Positions 26,901 to 64,000 of a stretch of 64,000 bases of DNA are shown here, in pieces. Position numbers and translations under genes: made by a program. The stretch's first letter is position 1; each line of letters starts with the position of its first letter. Origin of the DNA: Paraspadella gotoi (taxonomy: Eukaryota; Animalia; Chaetognatha); contig CM119263.1 of the NCBI GenBank assembly GCA_051294375.1, positions 2,917,573-2,981,572 on the forward strand. The letters run 5' to 3'. The notes below the pieces were generated by a model, which was given only the letters and a program-made list of their open reading frames with translations, had not been told where the DNA came from and did not search any database.

Positions 26901-27727
26901 CGCGGCCAATTCCGGAAACACCGACGCCACCGTCTGGAAACATTTGTCGCCTCAAAATAGGGAAAAGTGGAATGTGGCGCAGGTTTTATATTTATCGGTT
27001 TTATATTTTAGTCATTTTACAACTTTATATTATTACCAATCAACGCGTTCAAACCCAGGAATGCCTAAAAAAATGCCACCAATTGGAGTCGGCATTGTCC
27101 GGCATCGAATCCATGTGGACGGCATCGGGCGCGGCTCCATGCATCTTTCCGGTCGTTTTCGGCCGACAACCCCATTCCGCCTCGGCCTCTTCAAAACCCG
27201 AAAGCCTCCCCGCAGCCTCGAGCCCCTCTTCCTCGGCCCCTTCCACCTCCTCCCGCCCTTCCCCCCGCCTTCAAATCTCCCCCTCGGCGATGCCTCCCGT
27301 TCCCACCTCCATATTCTCCAATTGCGACGCTTCCATCCTTAGCGTCGCCAGCAAAGCAAAGGAAAAGACTTCCGTTCTTAAATCCGTCCAAACTTCGAGC
27401 CACGCTTCAATTAACGCCGTCTGCCGCTTCGACGCCGGCGGCCGCGATTTCGGCACCGAGGAGGTCCGCTTACTCGGCGTCGGTCGGGCGGTGGCGCTCC
27501 CCTCCGGCGCCTTTTTCGTCGATTTCGACGACGGAACGCGACTCGGCGTCGAAGCGGCGAAGGAGGTGTCATCTCGCGGCGGAGATCGAAAGCGCCTCGA
27601 GTTCGTCGACAGAACCGGGAGGACCCGACTCTACGACGCCGGGACCGAACTTCCGGCCGATGTGGCCGACAAAGTCAAACACTTGCCGACGGTGTTGGAT
27701 CGATTTGCCGGGTTAGGGATTCGATGA
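23944..27727 (+). CDS. PLK4: Polo-like kinase 4 (PLK4/SAK), 11 coding exons, ~928 aa
   Basis: Exons spliced by hand: 23944-24111, 24188-24425, 24497-24743, 24835-25108, 25378-25564, 25640-25859, 25943-26270, 26367-26483, 26547-26705, 26803-26982, 27059-27727 (2787 nt, phases consistent). Kinase motifs: [44 protein letters not shown]. Cryptic polo box PB1-PB2: [57 protein letters not shown]-terminal PB3: [23 protein letters not shown]...[12 protein letters not shown]. Kinase plus PB1-2 plus PB3 is the PLK4 architecture. Confidence 0.95.
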
Positions 27728-29932
27728 TTCGCCGGAAAAACCGGTCGTGGGTAGGAAAATCAATGAATGGTATTTGTTAAAATTGTACATTTTGCCGAAA
27801 GGCGAGGAAGAACCTTGTTATTGTTGATTTTGCAATCGTGGCCGTCCGTTTACAATCCGGAATTAAACCAATTGAAATTTTTATTGTTCTTTTTAACGTT
27901 TTTCTTCTGGCCCATTGCCTAGAAATATAGGGTGAAATTATACAGAGACTCTCCAATGCTCCAAACCAGCCCCTTTCGGGGCTATTAAAGATTTATTCCG
28001 GCTTTTTACACATCAAAGTGTATTTACTATTTATAGATTCAAAGGTAGTTTTTAGGAAGTTAAGGATTTTTTGAAGTTTTGTTAATTTTTTTAAATGATG
28101 TAGTTGTATGGTGTTATGACAACCTATTTTCTCACTAATTCGACAGCGGGTTACAGTCGTACGTTCGATATGGTTTAACGGTTATTTTAAATCCCCTCGG
28201 ACCAATTTGTTTTCCCCCTCCTTCTCGAGTAAATCAAACCCTTTAAATGTATTGAATAACCCTTCAAAAAGTGATATTCTTCAGACTTCTCCCTGGAAGT
28301 GTTTCGAGTTCAGAAGCATCAGAAATCCTAATCAGTAAAACTTCGAGTTGGGCTAAACCGGAATCTTTGCCACCTTCTTCCTTTTTCAGAAGCCCCTTCT
28401 CTTTACTTTCTTTCCCGGTTCTGTTTTCGAGTAAAATTTTGATAAAAATATTAAAATTTTTTTTTTCAGCATTAGATCCCTTTCGCTTGTGGTTTAAAAG
28501 CAATTCTTTATCCTTCGCAAGTCCCTTGCTACCAAATTCTCTTAGTCTTACGGTGACTGGTTATTTTTATATTTTGATCAGACTAAACAATTATTTCAGA
28601 ACAAACGATCGGCGTTGTTCGAGAATTTTGCTTCTTATTGCGTCGAAAGTGATATTTTCTGTTCACCGACGGGTATGACTAAGCGTAAAGAGGGTTACTC
28701 GAAAAAAAAAAAAATCCCTCTCTCTGGCTTGGGTAGTAGAATTTGAGATTTCTTTTCAGATTTTTTCCTGGTTTTTTTGTTCTCAGCGTGAAGGGATCTT
28801 ATCGGTTTTGAAACTTGGTAATAAATTAAACAGCACGAAGTATAATTGTCCATCATTAAAGTTTTTTTTTTTAGTATCAGGTTACCAGAGTTCAATTTTT
28901 AACAATTTTTTTCGCGGTTTAAAACCTTCAATGTGAAAGCGACCCCATCATCGCTGAAAAATCTTAACGATTCTTTTTTACCGCTTTTCGAAATCAACGT
29001 CAAAAATGAAATAAAAAAATGAGAAGAGTCCACATTTTCGAACCGCGTCTCCCCCTTGAGCGACCGTTAATTTTCTTCAAAAATGATGAAAAAACCATAT
29101 GATATAAAGAGAATTTGTAAAAATTTTCAATATTTACTTTAAATAAATTCTTTTGATTAAACGCCCTGACATATTTCAATCAAATGGAAAAAAAAAATGA
29201 TCGTTTTTCCCGATTTTCTGCCAAACTTCCACTTTTTTTTTTCAGAAATCTCTCTCAAAAAAGCTCGATTTAAAAAAAAAAACTATCGCCAGTACACGAG
29301 GAACTGAATCTGTTTATTCTCGCAAATTGGCGCCTTCAATTCTTTAGAATCTCAATTTTCCGTCGCCCGGCGGAGATTCCCGGCCGCCCCTTCTACATCC
29401 CACTCTATACGCGTATCACTCTCTCCCGCTCAGCTCCTTTTTTTCCTTCTCCTCCGTTCGCTCAGATTTTTCTTCTTTTTTTTCAATTTCCTCGTCTCTC
29501 GTCTCCGTTGGGTAAACATTCGCTCCCTCTTTCTCCTCGAACGCTTTTGAAGAGACACACGACGTTTCGTCTCCGCGGACGTCGATTGGGAGGAGGAAGA
29601 GGAAGAGCGGGCCATACCGCCCCCCCCTTCTCTCACTTCGCTTCCCCCGGTCATCGTCCTTCTTCTTCCTCGCACGCCAAGGGTCTTTTTTTTGCCAAAG
29701 AAAAGGGGAGGAGGCCCCGATTTTTTTTTTGCTCTTTTTCTGAGAAAAAAAAAGCTACGCATGTCACGAAATATTTTCCATCGCTGCTATGCTCCCGTTT
29801 ATTTTGGAAAATTATTCATGAGCGAATGGAGAGGGAAGTTGCCTCGTCGCGAATTCGGGGATAAAAAGAAAATCTGAAGACAAAAAAATCCCATCTCTGC
29901 GATCGAGAGAGAGAGAGAGAGAGAGCGCCACG

Positions 29933-32900
29933 ATGCAGGCGTCTTCGTACTCCTCGTCAATCTCGTCGGGGTCGTCCGTGTCGCCCCTCCACCCCGGCCA
30001 CGCCCCCTCCTCCATTCCCGCGGGGTGGCAGGAGTGCGTGAGCCGATCCACGGGGCGAACTTACTTTTGGAATCACGTGACAAAAAAGTCGCAGTGGGAG
30101 AGACCAACGAAGCCGGCCGTCGCCGCGCCGAAGAGCTCTCCTGAGGTAAGGGAGCTTTCATTCTTGGGTTTGATAGTACTAGTTCTTAATTAGACATTAT
30201 CTTTTTACGCACTAGTTGATTTCATAGGACTTCCCTCACTAAACTTGCCTACGTCAATTTAAAGGAAATCGATTTTCCTTTTTCCTTTTCGTCTTTTGAT
30301 GAACTTCTTTTATATAGAAAAATGTTCTGTTTCATTTATTTATTCTTATTTTCTCTATCATTCTGGTAGTAAGATTTGTCAGAAAAAAACGAAAGATTTT
30401 TTTCTCAAGCTCTTTGTCTGAGTAAATCCCCCTCTGATTTTACCTTTAAATGTAAATAAGTCTGACAGTGAAGACACGTTAACTTGTCTGCAAAAATACT
30501 GACGTGGTGACCATACCCGTATGCATGTTTGTAAACAAAACCACTTCTCTGAGGACGTTTGAAAATTTAAAACTTGCGCACGAATTCGTGAAAATAAAAC
30601 ATTTTTCTGCATGATTTTAATTCCACTCGTATTTAAAAGCCGAAGTTTCTCGAAAGCTCTTTTCCGAATATTGGTTCACGCACAAATGGACATGTAATGA
30701 TCGCCCCACAAAACAACGCTATTTCTTGTCTGTTTGTAGAATACATTTTTATAAATATTTATTACTATTGCAGGAAGAGAAAAGGCTGGCAACATCTTGG
30801 ACGGAAAACGCTAAGGAAAAAGACTCTCGCTCCGTTACATCCGGGGAAACGAAAAAACTCACCAACGGAGATTTGGAGAAAAGAATGGGAGTGTCGTCAC
30901 AACAACAACAACAACAACAAATGGAGGAGGAGGAGGGCTCGAAGGAGAACAAGATGTCGTTGTTGTCGGACTACTTGAAGCAGATTCAGTCGGGCGAAGC
31001 CACTGTCGAAGAGCTCGCCACCAAATACGATAAGCAGATTAAAACGGCCTCCGTCGCCGAAGATCGCGGAGAAAAAATTTCCGGTGAATATATTTTTTTA
31101 AAATCTCCTCGTTGAATCCACGAAAACAATTTAGTGACTTAACTGTGATTAACTTTCGATTATTTTTTAGGATAAAAATATGTATTGCTATTAGATGCAT
31201 TCCTGATGAGAGAAAGAAAGTCGCCTCAACAACTGTTTTCAGTCTTATGCCAATTTTACGTACTAATTTTTCTTACACGCTATAAAAGATATATATATTA
31301 TATTATATTATCCCTCTCCTCTCACCCTCCCCTTCTCAGCCAACGGAGGCCACGCCCCTCGATCGGAAACGCGAACGGCGGCGTCTCCCGCATCACGCGT
31401 CCCCGTCCTCCGCCAGATGAGCGAAGAGCGCCGCCCAGTGACGAGAGACTCGAGCGACGCCTCGAGGGGAACGTCGCTTTCCGTCGACAACACCCCCTTG
31501 CCAACGAGGAGGGTCATGCTCGGATCAACGGGGGTGAGGAAATTTTTAAAATTAGATGTAAATAATTTAAAGACAGTGGGCGGAGAAAGCAAAGGAATCG
31601 TGAGGACATATAAAATTTACTAAATATTAATTTATTAATGTGCAAATGATCTCTTTAACATTCTTGTCGGCTGTGAAATGGCGAAATATTTCCTTGACAG
31701 CCTATATCCAATTTTCTTAATAATCTAAATTTTAACTTTTATTTTACCAAGTCGTCGTCTGGTGGCGTGGCGGGCGGACCGGCCAACCGTCTCATCGCGC
31801 GTCTTCGTGGACGCGCCCTAAAATCCGTGACACCGCATCAATTCTTTTCTAATCCGTCTCTCCATTCGGTGGAAGAGACGGACATCGACACTGGACAAAA
31901 AACCACGAAGATTCTGTACGGAGAGACGGATCTCGATCAGGTTGGTTGTTATTGTTGTGCATACAAGATTACCTGTTTTACTATATTTGACTAAATTTGA
32001 AAAAAAATGTTAAAATAAGTATAAATGTTTATTTCACATGAGTATTAGATGTAACTATTATATATTTCATATTTAGTGAAAAATTTGAAATTTGATTTCG
32101 ACAACGAATTTTATTTTGCAAAATGTTTATTTCATATTTAATAATGTAATGGATGTTAGTGTTGTCTTCTGGGAATTTTTGTCAATCCAATTGTTTCGTA
32201 AACGCGTTTTTGAAATCATTTAAATATCATCTCCTACTTGACATTTCGCAATCGCTAAACCCTGTTTCTTATCAATATCAGGTCTACAAGGAAAGAGTTT
32301 TGAAGGCAAAATCCATGATGAACTTGGCCCCGGGTCAAGACGCGGACTCCTCGGCCTCCATCATCGGAGGTCGATGTTTCAAAGCGAAAAGTTTGGATCC
32401 TGTTTTCAAAGAGTCCGTTCCGATTTCCCAGCTTAACGGCCACCACAAGGTACTTAATTAGTAATACTTGATATTATGTATCTAACATAGTGAATTATTA
32501 ATGTGAATAAATTGAATATTTTCTATATAGGGTTGCATTAATCTTTATTTCATCCTTTCAAATTTCCGATTCTCAGATCGAGGACGACACCTCTCTCAGC
32601 TACCACGAACGTCGTTTCAAAAAGTCCCTCCAAAATCTTCACATCCCCGACTGGTTCAGCAACTCTCGCTTCTACCGGAATCCTCCCGGGACTCGTCAAG
32701 ACCCGCCTTTCGCCGTTCCGCCCAACACCGCCTCCGCCACGAATTCTTTGGCGCCAGCCACGCCTTCGCTGTCTCCCCGTCCTCATCAGCAGAGTCGTCC
32801 TCCGGTTCAATCGGCCCGCGCCTCCACCGCCTCCAATTCTCCCTCCACGATATCCTCGTCTCAACCCTCGGCCTCCTCCCGCCTCGCCTCCGCCGCGCCT

Positions 32901-33194
32901 TTAAATCCTTGCGCCAACGCCACCTCTCAGTGGTCCGCCGCTTCGACCGCCTCCGCCGCCTCCGAGCCCGTGCCTTGCGATCGGACGAGCAAGCCTCTCT
33001 CGCCCACTTCTCCGATCTTCGCGGGCAAGGGACCCGGCGGTGGACCGTCTCGAGGGGCGTGGTCGGCCGGCGTCTCCAGTGAGCCTGGCGACTCCACCGC
33101 CTTTACCGTCTCCTCCAATTGTTCCCACGCGAATTTCAACTCCGAATCCGGAACGAACCCAGGATGTAGAACCATTCATATCACGGGGGTTTGA
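29933..33194 (+). CDS. WW-domain protein with Pin1-like WW domain and a degenerate parvulin fragment, followed by a long Ser/Pro-rich tail; 6 exons, ~563 aa
   Basis: Exons 29933-30145, 30774-31083, 31340-31533, 31752-31940, 32282-32449, 32577-33194. All introns are GT-AG, phases are consistent, and the 1692 nt stay open to TGA. Exon 1 encodes IPAGWQECVSRSTGRTYFWNHVTKKSQWERP (Pin1-type WW). Exon 2 encodes LLSDYLKQIQSGEATVEELATKYD, similar to the Pin1 PPIase helices. Confidence 0.8.
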
Positions 33195-35918
33195 CGGCGT
33201 CCAAATTTTCAAATTCCCCCCCCCTTTTCATTTCTTGAGTAACTCTTGCCACTATAGTTAAAAGCTCTTGTATGTACGTACAAATAAAATTACCTAAACC
33301 AAAGTACGCGAAAAAGAAAACCTGGAATTGAACCATGCTTTAAAAATAATTTTTAATTGTAATTTATTACAATATGCTACCTCGAAATTTCGCCACAGCA
33401 AAAAGTATGAGAAGATAAGAAAGAGAATCACGTCATCAATTTTAAGATAAGTCAATGTTAATATAAAGTTATGGGGAAGGTGTTCGTATAGAGAGAATTT
33501 TATTTTTACCTCGTACGTACACTCGGAATGATTATTTTTTCAGTTAATTATGCAGCCAAAGGTTGTTATTTATTTTATGCGTTATTACTTATTTCGACTT
33601 CTGGTTTGGTTTTGAATGTGATTATATAATAATTAGTTCATATTTGCCCTTTTCGTAGGCCGAGTTTTTTGTAGCATAAATTAAATCCATTAAATGGAGA
33701 TTGTATTACAAGTTGGGACTTTTGTGTCAGCGTGACTGATTTTGATATTTTTTTTCTTATAATCGGTTGATCAATGTAGGTAGAATTCATACTTATTGTA
33801 TGAATCCTACAAAGTTCGTCTTTATTTTAATTATTAATTTGGTAATGATTATTTTGGTAAACCTAATTAATTATCATGAAAATTTTATTGCTCACTTACT
33901 CTTAGAATGAAATTTGAATTATTAGTAAAGATGACATTCCTTTACATTGTTTCCAAGTATTAGTAAGATAACTGAAATGCTTATTAATATGCAATGTTAA
34001 TCATAGTCACTTCGTTGTTGCCTCTCAGTTATAAAAAAAATTGCTCTTGTCTGTAACTGAAAGCGCTTATATGCTTTAAAACCGACAATCAATGTTTTGT
34101 CCCATAATCATCAAGCAAGAGTCTTGAACAAATTAAACATGATTTTTTTTTTCTTACGGATTTGACTAATTTATAGATTAAAAGCTTTTATTTTCAATAG
34201 ATTATTTTGCTAGGAGTAAATTGTTTCATTTGTTAAAGTTATCATGTTTGGTGTGTATTTTTATATTATATTGCAATATATCTGAAATGTCGCTAAAGAA
34301 TTTGTTCACTTGCGGAAGTTTATTTTTTTGACTTTCAGCACCATACTTTGCCTTTGCAAATGGAGCTAAAATCGAATTATTATTATTAATAATATTAAAA
34401 CGATACATAATACATTGTCGTTTACTCAGTCCTCTGATTTGCTCATCCTGCGTTTAAATTTTAGTTTATATAACTTTCTGTACACCAATAGATCTGTTTT
34501 TTAAATACCCTTTCATTCGCATCCAGTGATACTCATCTTTTCCAACCAAAGAACTCCCGTCTCTTTCCCCGCTTAATTTTTTTTCCTCGTTAGCTTTCAT
34601 AACAGGATGTATGTAAGCCTACTCCTTAGAGATTTCTTTTACATCTTTGTGTTTTTTTCGATGAAATTACATTAATAAAATCGGAATTTAAAATCGACTC
34701 ACATGATGTAATTCTTAATCACTATTAAACTTCTTTTTAAATAAAAGAGCAGGCAGTTAGTGGTAACCTATTGCGTACGAATTGTACTACAATTATACTT
34801 CAATGTTGCTCTGAAATTTGTTTATCCTATGGACAAATCAAATGGATACGAGGATGAATATTTCACTCTTTATGATTATCTATAATTTAAAAAAATGTCA
34901 GGGGGCTGGGGGAGGGGAAGCGTACAATCCATTTTGATATTATCACTATACTACTTTTTTTTTAAATCGTCTAATGATTTGTGGATCTGCGTTACACGAA
35001 TGCTCAGCAGTTTTCCTGAGCTTTCGAGTTAATATTTTGTCGTGTTTGGCGGTGATCAAATCTTAAGACTGGTAGCAAGTTATTTACTACACGCCGCCGA
35101 TTAGGAAAATAAAAAAAAGTAAGTTTTTTTTTCTGCACCGAGGATCGAGGTACGCTGCAGCTCTTTCTCTCTCTCTGTCTCTCTCAGCTTCCATTTTTCC
35201 TCTCGCTCGCCCACACGAGAGCAAGACGAAGAAGAGGAAGAGGATCGAACCCGAGAAAGGTTCGATGTTCGATTCGAACCAAAAGAAAAAAAAAGAAAAT
35301 CCTTTTTTTCCTTTTTTATTTAACGTCAAATCCGAGATCTTTCAAAAAAAAAAAAAAAAACATACCGAGGAGCAAAAAATTCACTTTGTTCCATTTTCCC
35401 TCGAAAAGAGAGAGAGAGAGAGAGAGAAAAGGCGGACGGCAGGTTTTTTCGCGACCGGGAGATTTTAAAGGTAACGAAACTGATAATAAAAAAATGTCAA
35501 GATGCGAAACAGATCCACAACTAACAAGAGGAACATTTTCGGCTCCAAAAAAAAAAAAAAGGGAAAATAATCGAAGAGATTAATAAAGAAACAAAAGAAA
35601 TAAACCCGAACTGAGTTTGCCAATATTTCGCGATCGATTTTCCTCTCAGCTTTTTTATTTCGCTCTCTTTTTTTCTTTTTTTTTTCTTCATTCGCCGGCC
35701 TCGGCTTTTCGCGCTCAGTCATCGCTTCTCTGCATTAAACTCGGATCGCGTCTTTATTTCTTTTTTTTTCCTCGCGACGAAGACCTTACTTTACCTTACC
35801 TCTTTATTTTTTCGATTTTCTTGGCGCAGAATCGGTTCACGAGATTATTTGACTCGGTTCTCGGTGACGTCATCGCTCCTCCCGTGACGTAATATTTCTC
35901 CCTGTGACGTCATTTTCG

Positions 35919-49390
<13,472 letters not shown>

Positions 49391-49763
49391 CGCGTCGGCG
49401 CCGCCTTTTTTTTCCCTGAAGAGGATTCGGTCGTCGACGTCGAAGAGAAAGAATTTTTCCTCTAGTATTTTCTATTTTTCGATTCGCAATAACAGTCGTC
49501 AAAGTTAAAATAAACTTTCGATCGGTTCACGATATCCGGCGACGTATAGGACTACTACTAGTCAATTTTCTAGTAATAATTACTAATTCAATATTTTCGA
49601 GCCACGTCGCTTACCGCAGTTGCTATAGACGTTAGTAAATTGTAATTCGAATCGTGCTTTATTTATACGTTTACTACAATTCCGTTTGGAAAAAAGGCGA
49701 GTTTTATTTTATAAATTGACTTCGTTTATAGCCAATTTCAATATTATTAACGCGTCACGCGAC

Positions 49764-49803
<40 letters not shown>

Positions 49804-50256
49804 CTCTCTTCATTTTTATTTTTTCTATCTCGGTCTTTCGCGATTGTGACGGAACCATTTTTGTACTCCCCTCTCGGTTTGAATTAAATCATGTTCGCCC
49901 TTTGAAAACGTTTTTAATTTCAAAATGTTGCTATTTAATTTTTATCCAATTAGCTTCTTGTTCTTTTGTCGCCTTTAAAAACCTTTCCTTTAACTGCAGC
50001 GCCCCTACGAAATTCGACAAAAGGCTCCCTAAGGCTAAGGCTCAGGAAACTAAATAGATGGTTAATTAATTTTGCAAAAAAAAAGCTTTATTGACTTAAA
50101 GAAATAATTGTGAGTTAAGATTCTCTAGAAAGATGACAGAATGAGTTTTTGAAAAGTGAGTCGGCTTCTACTGGTGAAATTAATCCTAATTTTTTTGACG
50201 ACGACGTCGTCTTTGGTTGAGTACTTAAACAATAAACAAAAGCCTAACGCGTCTCT

Positions 50257-51086
50257 TCATCCTGGCGCTCGTTCGTCGACGTCACGCACGTCGCGCAACG
50301 AATCCGAACGCCTTTTGTTCGCCCCCGTCACATCGTTCCGCTTTTTTCCGCCAGAGGTCGCGGCGGCGTCGTAGGAGGAGGTCACGTGACGAAGAGTCGA
50401 CTTTTCGGAGGACAACGCGCGTCTGGGAATGAAAGGAGGGGAGAGAGAAGGTTGGGAGGAGAGAGAAGTCTTAGAAAATATAACTTATATTATATTCAAA
50501 AAGGAACGAAGTACGTAATATAAACAAATCCCACACAAGATCGAAAGCTTATTCGTAAATCCTACCCGATTTGTTCGTGAGAAGCGAATCGTCTGATCCC
50601 TCGCCCTTCGCCTGATTCTCCTTCCCGTTCCCTCTCGTTTTCGCCTACGGGGCCCCGACCGAGCATTCCGGCGACGCGCCGCGCCGACCGGGCCGAATAG
50701 AGGTCCGTTATTAGCGAATTTTTGGCTCGTTCTAAGTCTGTTTGCCCTGTAAGTTTAAAATAATGGAGAAAATACTTTGCTTTGATGTGAAACAAGATGC
50801 ACTATTAAATGTGACAACTGAAAATTATCACTAAAATCACTTTCATTCGTCATTAAAATTATCTTTGCTTTCACAATAACAACGACACCCGCAAAACAGC
50901 CCTCACCTCTTTTCGATTTCGTTGGCGACGTGGCAGCATCGGCGCGGCGCTGCGCTACTTGCCGTCCCGACGAAGGTGCCATCGGCGGCGCCAACGCGGC
51001 GTCAATGTGGGCGTGGCCCGTGGAGACGACTCGGCGTCCGGAGATGTGGCGCGGAGGAAGTCTCGAGGGGATGGAGGAGAGGGAAC
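50257..51086 (-). CDS. Duplicate of the last three exons of the minus-strand gene (first copy of the 9-kb duplication)
   Basis: Exons 51086-50907, 50746-50566, 50422-50257 with the same splice sites and an open frame. AATAAA on the minus strand near 50090. Confidence 0.6.
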
Positions 51087-51129
51087 CTGAGGGTGGGGGG
51101 ATGGGTAAGATTTGGCCGAAAAACAGAGA

Positions 51130-51160
<31 letters not shown>

Positions 51161-51658
51161 GAGAGAGAGAGAGAGAGAGAGAAAGAGAAAGAATGGGAGA
51201 GAGAGAGAAAGAGATTGAGAGAGAGAGAAAGAGATTGAGAGAGAAAAAGAAAGAAGGAAAGAAAAAAATAAAAAAATAAAGAAAACATGAGAGAATAATG
51301 AAATATACATGAATAATATATAAATTATAAGCATTATGCTGAAAAGAAAGGACATTAGCAATCCCATTAATGCTTTTTGATAAGAAGACGCCTTGACTAA
51401 GGAAAGCCTTGAGAGCTGCTAATGTAACTTAATGGAAATTTCTCGCTCATTGCAAAAAGGTCACCTTTCTTTTTATAATCTTAATTGACTATGTAATTGA
51501 CGCCATGGCGTTTCCTTGACATTTTCTCGTGAAGTTTCGTCACAACACATAAAATAAAAAATCAAGTCTCTTCTTGAAATATTAATTTTTTTTTTCCGGC
51601 AGGTTTTCTCTTCCCGATTTTTTTATAGGCAGGGGAAAATGGAGGAGAGAACGGGGTC

Positions 51659-51771
<113 letters not shown>

Positions 51772-52610
51772 GTAAATGTCGCCCAACGCCTCGTAACGAA
51801 AGTAAAAGATTGTTGGCTCGCACCAAAACTGCAGTCGCACTCCGACACACAAAAAACGTCTCATCACACTCAAAACTCAAAGTTCGAACCTCGCGCCACG
51901 CTTCCTTCCTACACCCGTTAATTGTCGCTGATATCAATAATTTTAAAAATTTACAACTTTTAATTTGATAATGAATGTTAACGAAGAAAAGTTTTTAGAA
52001 ATTTTTTCATCGTTAGAATATATTAGAGATTTGACTGGTTCAATTTGGTACTAATTCTCAGCGATATTTCGCGACGTTCCCTGATTCTTCGCTCAAGTTT
52101 ATTCGATTATTTCGCCGATTTACCAAATCCCCCACACCTCTCGCCCAAACTTCTCACCGCTCACCGTAACTTCCTACCACTCACCAGTCTCACCCTCTCT
52201 CCTCACCACTCCCTCTAACTTCTCACCACTTANNNNNNNNNNNNNNNNNNNNNNNNNNNNNNNNNNNNNNNNNNNNNNNNNNNNNNNNNNNNNNNNNNNN
52301 NNNNNNNNNNNNNNNNNNNNNNNNNNNNNNNNNNNNNNNNNNNNNNNNNNNNNNNNNNNNNNNNNNNNNNNNNNNNNNNNNNNNNNNNNNNNNNNNNNNN
52401 NNNNNNNNNNNNNNNNNNNNNNNNNNNNNNNNNNNNNNNNNNNNNNNNNNNNNNNNNNNNNNNNNNNNNNNGAGGACGGCGACGACGATCACGACGACGA
52501 ATTCAATGTAGCAGACAATGACAGCGATGAAGCGAATGATGACGAAAACGGCGACAACGATGATCCGTTAAGATGGTAATGATGATTACGAAAAGAGAGA
52601 GATTTGTCAG

Positions 52611-58422
<5,812 letters not shown>

Positions 58423-58808
58423 CGCGTCGGCGCCGCCTTTTTTTTCCCTGAAGAGGATTCGGTCGTCGACGTCGAAGAGAAAGAATTTTTCCTCTAGTAT
58501 TTTCTATTTTTCGATTCGCAATAACAGTCGTCAAAGTTAAAATAAACTTTCGATCGGTTCACGATATCCGGCGACGTATAGGACTACTACTAGTCAATTT
58601 TCTAGTAATAATTACTAATTCAATATTTTCGAGCCACGTCGCTTACCGCAGTTGCTATAGACGTTAGTAAATTGTAATTCGAATCGTGCTTTATTTATAC
58701 GTTTACTACAATTCCGTTTGGAAAAAAGGCGAGTTTTATTTTATAAATTGACTTCGTTTATAGCCAATTTCAATATTATAACGCGTCACGCGACGGGCTC
58801 TCTCTCTC

Positions 58809-58899
<91 letters not shown>

Positions 58900-59341
58900 A
58901 TTTTTATTTTTTCTATCTCGGTCTTTCGCGATTGTGACGGAACCATTTTTGTACTCCCCTCTCGGTTTGAATTAAATCATGTTCGCCCTTTGAAAACGTT
59001 TTTAATTTCAAAATGTTGCTATTTAATTTTATCCAATTAGCTTCTTGTTCTTTTGTCGCCTTTAAAAACCTTTCCTTTAACTGCAGCGCCCCTACGAAAT
59101 TCGACAAAAGGCTCCCTAAGGCTAAGGCTCAGGAAACTAAATAGATGGTTAATTAATTTTGCAAAAAAAAGCTTTATTGACTTAAAGAAATAATTGTGAG
59201 TTAAGATTCTCTAGAAAGATGACAGAATGAGTTTTTGAAAAGTGAGTCGGCTTCTACTGGTGAAATTAATCCTAATTTTTTTGACGACGACGTCGTCTTT
59301 GGTGAGTACTTAAACAATAAACAAAAGCCTAACGCGTCTCT

Positions 59342-63894
<4,553 letters not shown>

Positions 63895-64000
63895 CTGGCG
63901 GGAGAAATGAGAATTAAACGGAACGAATGAGACTCGATGGAAATGATTTAATTCAATTAATATGTTAATAGATGTTAGATGATAGATGGATAGATAGATA

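Noticed and set aside
26519-27727. 402-aa single ORF
   Set aside because: Only 27059-27727 is the real frame. The upstream part reads through introns and out-of-frame PLK4 exons.
51810-51900. gttcgaacc B-box-like string suggesting a tRNA or SINE
   Set aside because: No convincing A box or cloverleaf, and the duplicate copy lacks one base of the motif.

Overview
Draft eukaryotic (metazoan, probably invertebrate) genomic scaffold: AT-rich, full of (GA)n/(CT)n and (GAC)n microsatellites, with about a dozen N-gaps and noisy gap-fill sequence. Manual splicing supports four intron-containing genes. (1) An 11-exon Polo-like kinase 4/SAK (23944-27727, +). (2) A 6-exon gene with a Pin1-type WW domain and a catalytically incomplete parvulin relic fused to a long low-complexity tail (29933-33194, +). 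(3) A 22-exon class I myosin of Myo1D type (35919-49390, +). (4) The 3' part of an unidentified Ser/Pro-rich gene on the minus strand, convergent with the myosin. A ~9.1 kb tandem duplication (~43450-61660) and an inverted duplication near the window start both begin right after a PacBio-adapter-like string, so they are probably assembly or haplotype artefacts. The most interesting signals are the Pin1-derived pseudo-enzyme gene, three GC-AG introns, a non-canonical PLK4 degron, a minisatellite that quadruplicates a myosin splice donor, and a multi-copy TA-flanked TIR element carrying an internal 321-bp tandem repeat. No rRNA, tRNA or CRISPR array was found. Reference protein motifs are quoted from memory; no searches were run.
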